From NCBI GenBank assembly GCA_031265495.1, contig JAISCP010000083.1, positions 1 through 51,733 of the forward strand: DNA of 51,733 nucleotides, written 5' to 3'. Both the position numbers and the translations under genes were made by a program. Below, piece after piece: positions 27,501-36,154 of the stretch; the first letter of the stretch is position 1, and each line of letters begins with the position of its first letter. This DNA comes from Heliobacteriaceae bacterium (GTDB taxonomy: Bacteria; Cyanobacteriota; Vampirovibrionia; Gastranaerophilales; Gastranaerophilaceae). The notes beneath the pieces were generated by a model. The model searched no databases. It saw only the letters and a list, made by a program, of their open reading frames with translations, and was not told the origin of the DNA.

Positions 27501-28583
27501 TTGGACTTTACAACATTAACAATTGACGCATTGAAAGCGCTGGCAGCTGTTGCAGGCAATTACGGCATTGCGATAATTCTGCTTACGGTTGCGGTACGGC
27601 TTGCAATGTGGCCGCTGAATGTTTCGCAGCAGCGTTCCATGCGGCAGATGCAGGCGCTTCAGCCTAAATTAAAAGCTATTCAGACCAGATACAAAAGCGA
27701 TCCGCAAAAAATGCAGACCAAAATGATGGAGTTCTATAAAGAACACAATTTTAACCCTATGGGCGGCTGCATGCCTTTGTTAATCCAAATGCCGATTTTT
27801 ATACTTTTGTATTCGGCGCTGATGAGTCCGCAGTTTATACAAATAGCCGGCGATACCTCGTTTCTCGGAATAAAGCGTCTGGATACGACCCTCCGCGCAT
27901 CTGCTGGAATTTCAAATGATGGTGTTATGGGAGTTTCAAAAAATGATATTTTTAATGCTGGAAAGACCGCCAGAGTTTATATTTCCGGAGAAGTTGTAGA
28001 AAATGTTAAAATAAACAAACCCGCAAAGGCTCTTGAAATTCAGGGAGAAATCAAGCCCGGAGAACCGATTGATTTTAAAATCAGCCTTGACCATTTGGAT
28101 TTGAAGTTTTCTCAGCTTGATAAAATTGAAAAGGCGGATATTTCCGTAACCGATGTCAACACAAGAGAGACGGAAAAAGCGTCTTTTGAAAGACAAGACG
28201 GTTTGTTAACGGCTTCTGTTCCGACTGTTGAGGTAAAGCAGGCTTTTCATTGGGATATTCTTGTATTAATTGCAATTTTCGGGCTGACAATGTGGCTGTC
28301 GCAGAAGTTTATGATGTCTGTCAACAAAAATAATTCAAAAGACCCTGCGCAGGAGGCAATTCAAAAATCAATGGGAACATTTATGCCTCTTATGATTATT
28401 GCCACGTTTGTTATAATCCCTATTCCCGCAGGTGTTTTGCTTTATCTGGTAACGAGCAATATTCTTCAAATCGCGCAGACTGTCATAGTTAATAAGCAAA
28501 TGGATCTTGAAGACGCCAAAAAACAGGCGAAGATTGATGATGAAGATTTGAACAACGCAAAAAAAATAGAACCGAAAGAATGA
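27501..28583 (+). CDS. yidC: Membrane protein insertase YidC (Oxa1 family), with a large internal insertion
   Basis: IILLTVAVRLAMWPL..QRSMRQMQALQPKLKAIQ..YKEHNFNPMGGCMPLLIQMPIFILLY. TTG start has AGGAAA upstream. Confidence 0.85.
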   Translation: MDFTTLTIDALKALAAVAGNYGIAIILLTVAVRLAMWPLNVSQQRSMRQMQALQPKLKAIQTRYKSDPQKMQTKMMEFYKEHNFNPMGGCMPLLIQMPIFILLYSALMSPQFIQIAGDTSFLGIKRLDTTLRASAGISNDGVMGVSKNDIFNAGKTARVYISGEVVENVKINKPAKALEIQGEIKPGEPIDFKISLDHLDLKFSQLDKIEKADISVTDVNTRETEKASFERQDGLLTASVPTVEVKQAFHWDILVLIAIFGLTMWLSQKFMMSVNKNNSKDPAQEAIQKSMGTFMPLMIIATFVIIPIPAGVLLYLVTSNILQIAQTVIVNKQMDLEDAKKQAKIDDEDLNNAKKIEPKE

Positions 28584-29605
28584 AACTGTCCGAATTTGAT
28601 TATGAACTGCCGGAAGAATTAATCGCCCAAATGCCTTGCGATAAGCGTGAAAATTCTAAGATGCTCATTCTGGATAAAACCAATAAAACAATTGAACACA
28701 AGCATTTTTATGACATTACGGATTTGCAGGATACGCTGCTTGTTTTGAATAACACAAAAGTAATACCGGCGCGGCTTTATGCTGAAAAAGAAACAGGAGC
28801 AAAGATTGAAATATTTTTGCTGAAGGAGCTTGAGCCGCAGAAATGGGAAGTTCTGATAAAGCCTTCCAAACGGGTTAAAGCCGGTCAGACTTTGCATGTA
28901 AGCGATGAATTAGCAGTGGAGGTTTTGGAGAAACTTGACGGCAAATGGCTTGCCGGACTGCTTTATACGGGGAACATTTTTGATGTTTTGGAGCGTAACG
29001 GTCATATTCCTTTGCCGCCTTACATTGAACGGAAAACAGAGAACTTTAAGGATTTGGATTTTGAGCGCTATCAGACGGTGTATGCCGCAAAAGAGGGTTC
29101 GGTTGCGGCGCCGACAGCGGGGCTGCATTTTACGCGGGATATTCTGCAGAAACTGGAGAGCAGAGGAATTGAAACAGCTTATGTTACGCTGAATGTCGGA
29201 CTGGGAACCTTCAGACCGGTAAAGAGCGAAAATATATCGGAGCATAAAATGGAATCGGAAAGTTTTGAGATTTCGCCCGAAACGGCTGACGCTGTTAACA
29301 GGGCAAAGCAGTCCGGCAGAAAGATTACCTGTGTTGGCACAACTACGGTGCGCACGCTGGAAACGGCATTCCGAAAATACGGGAAGATTACAGCCTGCCG
29401 TGATACTTCGGAACTTTTCATTTACCCGCCGTATAATTTCAGGATAACAGACAGCTTAATAACAAACTTTCACCTGCCCAAATCCACTTTACTGATGCTG
29501 GTAAGCGCTTTAGCGGGAAAAGATTTGATTTTCAGGGCTTACGAGGAAGCTATTGCGAACAGGTACCGGTTCTACAGTTACGGCGACTGCATGTTTATTT
29601 CATAG
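28580..29605 (+). CDS. queA: S-adenosylmethionine:tRNA ribosyltransferase-isomerase
   Basis: MKLSEFDYELPEELIAQ...AAPTAGLHFT...VGTTTVRTLE. Overlaps the yidC stop by 4 nt. Confidence 0.95.
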   Translation: MKLSEFDYELPEELIAQMPCDKRENSKMLILDKTNKTIEHKHFYDITDLQDTLLVLNNTKVIPARLYAEKETGAKIEIFLLKELEPQKWEVLIKPSKRVKAGQTLHVSDELAVEVLEKLDGKWLAGLLYTGNIFDVLERNGHIPLPPYIERKTENFKDLDFERYQTVYAAKEGSVAAPTAGLHFTRDILQKLESRGIETAYVTLNVGLGTFRPVKSENISEHKMESESFEISPETADAVNRAKQSGRKITCVGTTTVRTLETAFRKYGKITACRDTSELFIYPPYNFRITDSLITNFHLPKSTLLMLVSALAGKDLIFRAYEEAIANRYRFYSYGDCMFIS

Positions 29606-29697
29606 AATGTAAATAGTAAACAGGGAAGAGGGAACAGCTAAATTCCTCTCCTGTATGGAGAGGGAAAATCAAGTTCAGGACGACAAAATATAACAAT

Positions 29698-29727
29698 TTG
29701 ACAAGGTTTGCCTAAGTGTTGTATAAT
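29698..29727 (+). promoter_or_regulatory. Consensus sigma-70-type promoter TTGACA-N18-TATAAT
   Basis: TTGACA at 29698-29703 and TATAAT at 29722-29727, followed by AAGGAGG at 29747-29753. Confidence 0.6.
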
Positions 29728-29760
29728 TCTGCTGTGATAATTGAAGAAGGAGGTATGGTT

Positions 29761-29832
29761 ATGGATAAAACAATTAAAAATGGCCACAATGCAGTAATAG
29801 AGGCACTTTCGGGGGGGGGGGGGGCTTTCTAG
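29761..29832 (+). CDS. Mini-ORF (23 aa) crossing the G14 tract
   Basis: The ATG lies 7 nt after AAGGAGG. My translation is MDKTIKNGHNAVIEALSGGGGAF followed by TAG. An alternative in-frame ATG is at 29755. Confidence 0.3.
   Translation: MDKTIKNGHNAVIEALSGGGGAF
29811..29824. repeat. Homopolymeric G14 tract
   Basis: Counted directly: 14 consecutive G. Confidence 0.95.
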
Positions 29833-30304
29833 CTGCTTCCTGCAAGGCTTTCCGCCTTTCGGCAAAAAACCTGTCATTCTGAACCTGTTCCGAAATTTCT
29901 ATGATTTCCTCTCCATACGGGAGAGGAAGAATTTCTTAATGAACACAGCGTGTGAATTTAGAAATTCAGGTGAGGGGGCGCAAAACCGAATAAATCTTGG
30001 GTGGAGCAAATGTCATGGGTTCTGCCTGACCGCCCCCTCATCCCAAACACTAAGCTCAACCTGCGATTTCGCCAAGTGTTTGCGCCCTCTCCCGCGGGGA
30101 GAGGGCGCAAGAATATTTGTTCCCCCCTTGAGGGGGAACCGGAATTTACTCTGTAAATTCCGAAGGGGGGCAGCCTTCACACTGGCGGAGCAGGCTGAGC
30201 CTGCCGCGTTAGTTCGTCATTGCGAGAAGGGCGTAAGCCCGACGAAGCAATCCAGAAAATCAACAGTCTTGACTGGATTGCTTCGCTCCCGCCGGTCGCT
30301 CGCA

Positions 30305-31261
30305 ATGACACGACAAGCCTTCACGTTGGCAGAGGTATTGATAACTCTATCCGTAATCGGAGTTGTGGCAGCGTTAACCATGCCAGCATTAATGGCAAAC
30401 TGGCAGGAGAAATCATATTCGACCGCCAAAGAAGTATTTGACAGACGGCTTGAAGAAGTTACCCGCCAAATGAACGTAAATGAAGCCTTAACAGGTTATA
30501 CAACGACAGAAACATTTGTAGATGAACTAAAGAAATATCTAAAAATATCACAAGTATGTTCGAGTGACCCGTCAAGCTGTTTTGCTGCGGCGATAACGAA
30601 CGGCGACGGCAGTGAAACAGTAGAGACAAAAGACTTAAAGAATTCAAATAATTTAAACAAAGGAAACTGGGGCACAAAAGCCTTAGGCGTAGGTCTGATA
30701 AACGGTTATACGGCAATCCTAAGCTATAATCCTGATTGTCCTGCACTGGATATAGGAGCAGCGGGCGCACAAACAACCTCATGTTTGAGTCTTGTATATG
30801 ATATAAACGGAAAATCAAAACCAAACAGGTTAGGCAGAGATGTTTACACATTAAACGCAAACCCATTCGACACATGCGGCGGAGTAAAGATAGGGAGTTT
30901 ATGCGTAGCAGTATCAGATGAGACATACAGCTCGATAGATACTTGTGACGGAACTTCAGAGTATGACAAAAATCTTACAATTGCAAACGGTTATGTTTAC
31001 TATCATTGTTCAACTAACAATTGGGCAGGCGCAAAGAAGGCTTGCGACTATATAGGCATGCGTCTCCCCACAAAGGACGAACTAAACATGTTGTACCAAC
31101 ATAAAGACGAGCTGGCAATGTCATCTGTCGGATACTGGTCTTCTACGGAGGCCACCGATAAACTCTTCGCATGGAGTCAAAGCTTTCCTGACGGCAACCA
31201 GAGCGCCAACCACAAGGACAACGGCGACGCCTACTACCACATCGTTCGGTGTGTGAGGTGA
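30305..31261 (+). CDS. Prepilin-type N-terminal domain protein with a C-terminal DUF1566 (Lcl C-terminal, lectin-like) domain
   Basis: MTRQAFTLAEVLITLSVIGVVAALTMPAL. C-terminus WAGAKKACDYIGMRLPTKDEL...GYWSSTE...FAWSQSFPDG...VRCVR fits the DUF1566 pattern. The track ORF starts at 29939 but its first 122 aa translate repeat modules. Confidence 0.75.
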   Translation: MTRQAFTLAEVLITLSVIGVVAALTMPALMANWQEKSYSTAKEVFDRRLEEVTRQMNVNEALTGYTTTETFVDELKKYLKISQVCSSDPSSCFAAAITNGDGSETVETKDLKNSNNLNKGNWGTKALGVGLINGYTAILSYNPDCPALDIGAAGAQTTSCLSLVYDINGKSKPNRLGRDVYTLNANPFDTCGGVKIGSLCVAVSDETYSSIDTCDGTSEYDKNLTIANGYVYYHCSTNNWAGAKKACDYIGMRLPTKDELNMLYQHKDELAMSSVGYWSSTEATDKLFAWSQSFPDGNQSANHKDNGDAYYHIVRCVR

Positions 31262-31618
31262 TTTATTAGTGAATAGGGGTTAGTAAATAGCTAATAGGGT
31301 TGGATTGGGTGCCACGCTATGCCTGACCCGTCAAACTACGGCTCGCATAGCTCGCCTTGTTTGTCGTGCAGGCTCAGCCTGCTCCTCTCCATACGGGAGA
31401 GGAAGAATTTCTTAACAAACGTGTGAGTTTAGAAATTCAGGTGAGGGGGCAATTAAGCTTTACTTCCCCGTACAGAAGGCAGATGCTGAAATAAATTCAG
31501 CATGACAGGAAGATTATGGCAGTTTTTTAACAATCCTATTGCCCTAATCACTTATTCACCTATTCACTTAAAACTATTCCCTATTTACTAAAAACTATTT
31601 CCTAATTACAATTGAATA

Positions 31619-32953
31619 ATGGAATTTGTTGTAAAAATTGAAAAATTATCGAATTTGGGATTTGGGATAGCCAGAATTGATTCGCAGGTTGTCTTTGTTG
31701 AAGGCGCCTGTCCGGGCGATGAAGTCAAAATAGAGATTACCCAAAAACACAGGAATTTTTCCCATGCCCGGATTACGGAAATTATAACCCCTTCCGTACA
31801 CCGTGTTAAGCCTGTTTGCGCAATGCAAAAAGTTTGCGGCGCATGCCGGCTGCAATTCATTGACTATAATTATCAGCTTGAACTAAAACGCCAAATCGTG
31901 CAGGACGCCATGCGTACAATCGGAAATCTTGATATTGAAATTCCAGCCCCTGTGCCAAGTCCGCAGATTTTTGGCTATCGCCGTAAAATTCAATATCCCG
32001 TGTCAGAAACGAAAGTTTCAAAAAGGCTGCTTGCGGGGTATTACAAACCGCAGTCGCATGAGATTGTGAACATCAAACACTGCCCTATTCAGCCCGCAAT
32101 TTGTGATGATATTATTGATTTTATAAGAAATAAAGCGCCGGATTTCGGGATTTCCGGCTATAACGAAAGAAAGCACAGCGGGGATTTGCGCCATATTGTA
32201 ATCCGGTCTTCCGCCTCAGAGGGCGCTAACCTTGTTACACTTGCGGTTAATGCAACGAAACCGTTTCAGCGTTTAAAAGATTTTGCGCGGGCTGTTTTTG
32301 ATGAATTCCGGGAAGTCAGCGGAGTCTGCGTAAATTTTAATTCAAAAAAAACAAACGTGATTATGGGCGCCAAAACGGAATGTCTTGCAGGCAAAAACTT
32401 TGTTGAGGAAAAGATTTTAGGTAAAACTTTTAAAATCGGCGCAAACACGTTCTTTCAGGTTAACCCTGAGAGCGCGGAAAATATTTTTGCTTATGTAAGA
32501 GATTATATACGGCAAAACTTCAACGCTCCGGTAGTTTTGGACGCTTATGCCGGTATAAGTTCTTTTGGGATTTGCGTTTCCGATGTATGCAAAAAAGTTG
32601 TAAGCGTGGAAGAAAACGCAGACTCCTGTGATTTCGCACGGGCAGCTGCGCCTGATAATCCGGAAATTCACAACATGGACGTATCAGAGTTTTTTGCAAA
32701 AGAAAAACGCAAATTTGACGTAATAATAGTTGACCCGCCCCGTAAAGGCTGTACGCAGCAGTCTCTGGACGAAGCATGCCGGCTTTTAAAACCGAAGGGC
32801 AGAATAATTTACGTAAGCTGCAATCCTGCAACGCTTGCGCGCGATTTGAAATATTTAACCGGAAAGGGCGCGAAGGTAGAAAGTATTCAGCCGTTTGATA
32901 TGTTTTGCCACACTTACCACATTGAAAACGCCGCTGTTATTTCTGTGCATTAA
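31619..32953 (+). CDS. 23S rRNA (uracil-5-)-methyltransferase, RlmD/RumA-like (TRAM + SAM methyltransferase)
   Basis: N-terminal TRAM-like beta domain, Cys cluster C..CGAC, FFQVN and the C-terminal DPPRKG...YVSCNP motif. Confidence 0.85.
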   Translation: MEFVVKIEKLSNLGFGIARIDSQVVFVEGACPGDEVKIEITQKHRNFSHARITEIITPSVHRVKPVCAMQKVCGACRLQFIDYNYQLELKRQIVQDAMRTIGNLDIEIPAPVPSPQIFGYRRKIQYPVSETKVSKRLLAGYYKPQSHEIVNIKHCPIQPAICDDIIDFIRNKAPDFGISGYNERKHSGDLRHIVIRSSASEGANLVTLAVNATKPFQRLKDFARAVFDEFREVSGVCVNFNSKKTNVIMGAKTECLAGKNFVEEKILGKTFKIGANTFFQVNPESAENIFAYVRDYIRQNFNAPVVLDAYAGISSFGICVSDVCKKVVSVEENADSCDFARAAAPDNPEIHNMDVSEFFAKEKRKFDVIIVDPPRKGCTQQSLDEACRLLKPKGRIIYVSCNPATLARDLKYLTGKGAKVESIQPFDMFCHTYHIENAAVISVH

Positions 32954-34013
32954 AGTATTTAATAGTTTCCTGCATATTGGTTTGTATATCTTTTATTATA
33001 TCTTTGTCGTGTTTTTTCATAGATTTAACTGTGTTTGAGTCTGCCGATAGATTTTTATAATATTTGTTCAAGTGAGAGTTAAGTTCAAAAAATGAATTAT
33101 CAATCAGTGTAATGTCATTTTTTGTAAAAAATATTTTATCTTGGTCAGGAATGCAATAATAATCTCTATTTTTAGCATTGGCATAAAGTTTTTCAGAAAT
33201 ACCGGATGAGAATTTTTTGTTAATCATTTCAATATATCTTTTTATTTTTTTAAGATTTATATCTGTATTATTATTTGTGGGTATGTTTAATGTGGAGAAA
33301 TTCCTTAAATGCCTATATACTTTTGAAGATTCAAGATGTTTTGCTTCTGCATAGTTAGGGCCAAAAAGCATTATCAATTCATATTTGGTATTTTCGTCAT
33401 TTGTTTTTACAAAACGCATTTGTATATCTTCATAGCCGGATTTCTGCGGTCCGCTTATATAGCCTTTTATATCACCGCCTTGTATGGCCTTCATATCGTC
33501 AAACTGCAGCCTTATATCTAAATCAGGGGCAATCCGGGCGGGCACTTTAGTGTCAGCTGCCAATTTGAACCCCCGCTTTTGCATTGCAGGCCACAGCTTT
33601 TCGTATAAGAGTTCCAAATTGTACAAGTCTTTTAAATATAATGTTGCTCTTATATTGTCATTGCCTTCAATTGCACCGCTCCTGTGGATTTTATTTACAA
33701 ATGAAGTTGATGATTTGACGGGACATTTGCTATTGTATTGTCTGTCAAAACTAAATCCGTATTTTTCAAGTTGGTTGGCGATGACTTCCAGTGTATCTTG
33801 AAATCCTTCGGAAAGAATTTTGTAAAGAGGTATTTTTTTGTCATGTGCGTGTTCAACGAAATGTATCATACGGGTTCCTGCGTGTCCAAAACTTACGCTG
33901 TCTTGCTTCAGAGGCGCAGACTTTGCAATTCCGGAGCGGGAAACTATATTAGGAGCGCCGCTATCCCGATTTATTGATTTATTACAGTTAAATCCAATTG
34001 ATGGTATGTTCAA
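32937..34013 (-). CDS. Hypothetical protein with a possible divergent RelA/SpoT-like nucleotidyltransferase core
   Basis: 358-aa AT-rich ORF. Ordered motifs are PVKSSTSFVNK, NDNIRATLYL, SGYEDIQMRF and YELIMLF..YAEAKH...KVYR (see findings). Confidence 0.35.
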   Translation of the reverse strand: MNIPSIGFNCNKSINRDSGAPNIVSRSGIAKSAPLKQDSVSFGHAGTRMIHFVEHAHDKKIPLYKILSEGFQDTLEVIANQLEKYGFSFDRQYNSKCPVKSSTSFVNKIHRSGAIEGNDNIRATLYLKDLYNLELLYEKLWPAMQKRGFKLAADTKVPARIAPDLDIRLQFDDMKAIQGGDIKGYISGPQKSGYEDIQMRFVKTNDENTKYELIMLFGPNYAEAKHLESSKVYRHLRNFSTLNIPTNNNTDINLKKIKRYIEMINKKFSSGISEKLYANAKNRDYYCIPDQDKIFFTKNDITLIDNSFFELNSHLNKYYKNLSADSNTVKSMKKHDKDIIKDIQTNMQETIKYFNAQK

Positions 34014-34159
34014 GTCAATATCTCATTTTAATACTACACTTATAAGATAAAATAGCTGAATAAAAAAAATTGCCCGTAAATAGAAAATAAATAAAGTTTT
34101 GTAAAATTCTTATGTTTGTATTATGATGAAAAAGTAGATTATAAAAGAAGGTGAACAAC

Positions 34160-35263
34160 ATGGTAAACAAACTTATCAAAGAAGACACAAAGATGTTTTT
34201 AACCGGAAATGAAGTTCTTGCCTACGCCGCAAATGCAGCGGAAGCGGAGTTTATGTACGGTTATCCTATTACGCCGCAGAACGAGATTATGCACACTTGG
34301 TGTAAACTGCTTCCGAAAACAGAAGCGGGGTTTTTACAGACCGAAGACGAGATTTCCGCAGGATTTTCCACACTCGGCGGAATTTTAGCGGGGAAACGCG
34401 CTTTTACGGCAACCGCAGGTCCGGGTAACGTCATTATGCAGGACGCAATGTCTATGGCTGAAATGATGAGAATACCTTTTGTCTGCGCGGTTATGCAAAG
34501 AGGCGGCCCCTCAACCGCAACGGTTATTTACGCCCAGCAGGAAACAAGACTGACCTGCTACGGCGGCAACGGCGAAGGCTTTAGAATAGTTTATTCAACT
34601 GCCGGACATCAGGATTTGTTCGATTATATGATTAAGGCGTTCAACACGGCATGGAAATACCGCTTCCCGACATTTGTTCTGGCTGACGGTTATCAGGGCA
34701 AAATGAGAGAGCCTGTAACGCTTTATGACCCTGCATCGCGCGGGATTAAAATGGTTCCTGTTGAAGCATCGCTGCTTGCGCCGGGTAAAATCGGCACGGA
34801 CAGACCTTCCAACCACTTGAGAAATACTTTTAACATGGAAGAAGAATTGATGGAAGTTCTTGATGAATACGCAGTTGATTTTGCCAAACTTGAAGACGAA
34901 ATATCCGAATATGAAGAATATAAAGCTGATGACGCGGAAATCCTTATAATTACTCACGGCATAGTAGCGCGTTCGGCAAGAACCGCTATTGACGAACTAA
35001 GAGAAAAAGGCGTTAAAGCGGGTATGTTCAGACCGATTACACTGAGACCGCTTGCAGTAAAACCTTTAAGAGCGGCCGTCTCCCGCGCCAAACAAATTCT
35101 GTTTACGGAATCTGCGAACGGACAGCTTGCACAAATGATTCTTGAGGCGGTTTACGGTTTAACAACGCCTTATTCAACGCTTTATAAAATGGGCGTTGGC
35201 GTAACCGGAGACGATATTGTAGAAAAAGTTGAAGCAATGCTTAAACAGCCGGTAACAGTGTAA
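34160..35263 (+). CDS. 2-oxoacid:ferredoxin oxidoreductase, alpha subunit
   Basis: FLTGNEVLAYAA...YPITPQNEI...TATAGPG. AAGAAGGTGA lies upstream of the ATG at 34160. Confidence 0.85.
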   Translation: MVNKLIKEDTKMFLTGNEVLAYAANAAEAEFMYGYPITPQNEIMHTWCKLLPKTEAGFLQTEDEISAGFSTLGGILAGKRAFTATAGPGNVIMQDAMSMAEMMRIPFVCAVMQRGGPSTATVIYAQQETRLTCYGGNGEGFRIVYSTAGHQDLFDYMIKAFNTAWKYRFPTFVLADGYQGKMREPVTLYDPASRGIKMVPVEASLLAPGKIGTDRPSNHLRNTFNMEEELMEVLDEYAVDFAKLEDEISEYEEYKADDAEILIITHGIVARSARTAIDELREKGVKAGMFRPITLRPLAVKPLRAAVSRAKQILFTESANGQLAQMILEAVYGLTTPYSTLYKMGVGVTGDDIVEKVEAMLKQPVTV

Positions 35264-35265
35264 AT

Positions 35266-35347
35266 TGGTTGAAAGGTTGAAGGGTTGAAAAGTTGAAGGA
35301 TTAGACAATTAAAAGATTTAAAATAAAACCATTCAACCGTTCAACTA
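35266..35347. repeat. Octamer arrays (GTTGAANN x4, then an inverted NNTTCAAC pair) in the alpha-beta spacer
   Basis: gttgaaag gttgaagg gttgaaaa gttgaagg ... aaccattcaaccgttcaac. Starts 3 nt after the alpha-subunit stop. Confidence 0.85.
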
Positions 35348-35364
35348 AAAAGAAAGGAAATAAA

Positions 35365-36120
35365 ATGACAACGAAAATATTAGAATTACCTCCCAATCTG
35401 CCGAAATCGCAGAACGAGGAGGCCGGCGCAAGTAAATTTTGTCCGGGCTGCGGGCATGGTATGGTGCTGAAAACTTTAGCGTTTGCTATTGATGAACTTG
35501 AATTAAAAGAAAAATCGGTTTTCGGCTGCGATATCGGCTGTTCGCTGTTATCATGGAATTACATGGATATAGATACTGTCCAGACCCATCACGGGCGCAC
35601 CACAGCGGTTATCTACGGCGTAACCCGCGCTAACCCGGAAGCAATCGGTATTGCATACATGGGTGACGGCGGCGGACTGGCTATCGGCGCACAGCACTTG
35701 GTTAATGCGGCAGTGCGCGGCGAAAAAATGCTTATCGTACTCGTTAATAACACCAACTACGGCATGACAGGCGGACAAATGTCTCCGACAACGCTTCCGG
35801 GACAACGTACGGAAACAACGCCTTACGGACGCGACTGCTCCGTTACCGGTAAACCTGCCAAAGGCGCTGAAATGATTGCGGCTATTGCGGATTCTGATAA
35901 ATCTTATGTTGCGCGGGCTTCTGTTTCTAACCTGAGAAAGCTGCGTTCAACCTTCAAAAAAGCGCTTAAAAACGTTAATGAAGGCGGTTTCTCGTTTGTG
36001 GAAGTCCTTTCTATTTGTCCTCTTAACTGGAGAACAAACAACGTTGATACATGGGCAAGGCTACAAACTATGGAAGAATTCTTTGAGGTTAAAGAATTTG
36101 TTTCAAGAGAAGGGTTATAG
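35365..36120 (+). CDS. 2-oxoacid:ferredoxin oxidoreductase, beta subunit (TPP-binding)
   Basis: CPGCGHG...GDGG...NNTNYGMTGGQ. Confidence 0.9.
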   Translation: MTTKILELPPNLPKSQNEEAGASKFCPGCGHGMVLKTLAFAIDELELKEKSVFGCDIGCSLLSWNYMDIDTVQTHHGRTTAVIYGVTRANPEAIGIAYMGDGGGLAIGAQHLVNAAVRGEKMLIVLVNNTNYGMTGGQMSPTTLPGQRTETTPYGRDCSVTGKPAKGAEMIAAIADSDKSYVARASVSNLRKLRSTFKKALKNVNEGGFSFVEVLSICPLNWRTNNVDTWARLQTMEEFFEVKEFVSREGL

Positions 36121-36154
36121 TAAAAAGGTAAAATTTGAAAGGGACATAAAAATC

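Noticed and set aside
29939-30304. The first 122 codons of the 440-aa track ORF, read as a genuine N-terminal domain.
   Set aside because: This stretch translates recognisable intergenic repeat modules (families D, C and A). A prepilin signal must be N-terminal, so the CDS is called from ATG 30305. The open frame itself is kept as a finding.
35978-36154. N-terminal extension of the OFOR gamma subunit ORF.
   Set aside because: It overlaps the beta subunit in another frame. The conserved gamma N-terminus (MRTKIALAGEGGQG) begins at 36155.
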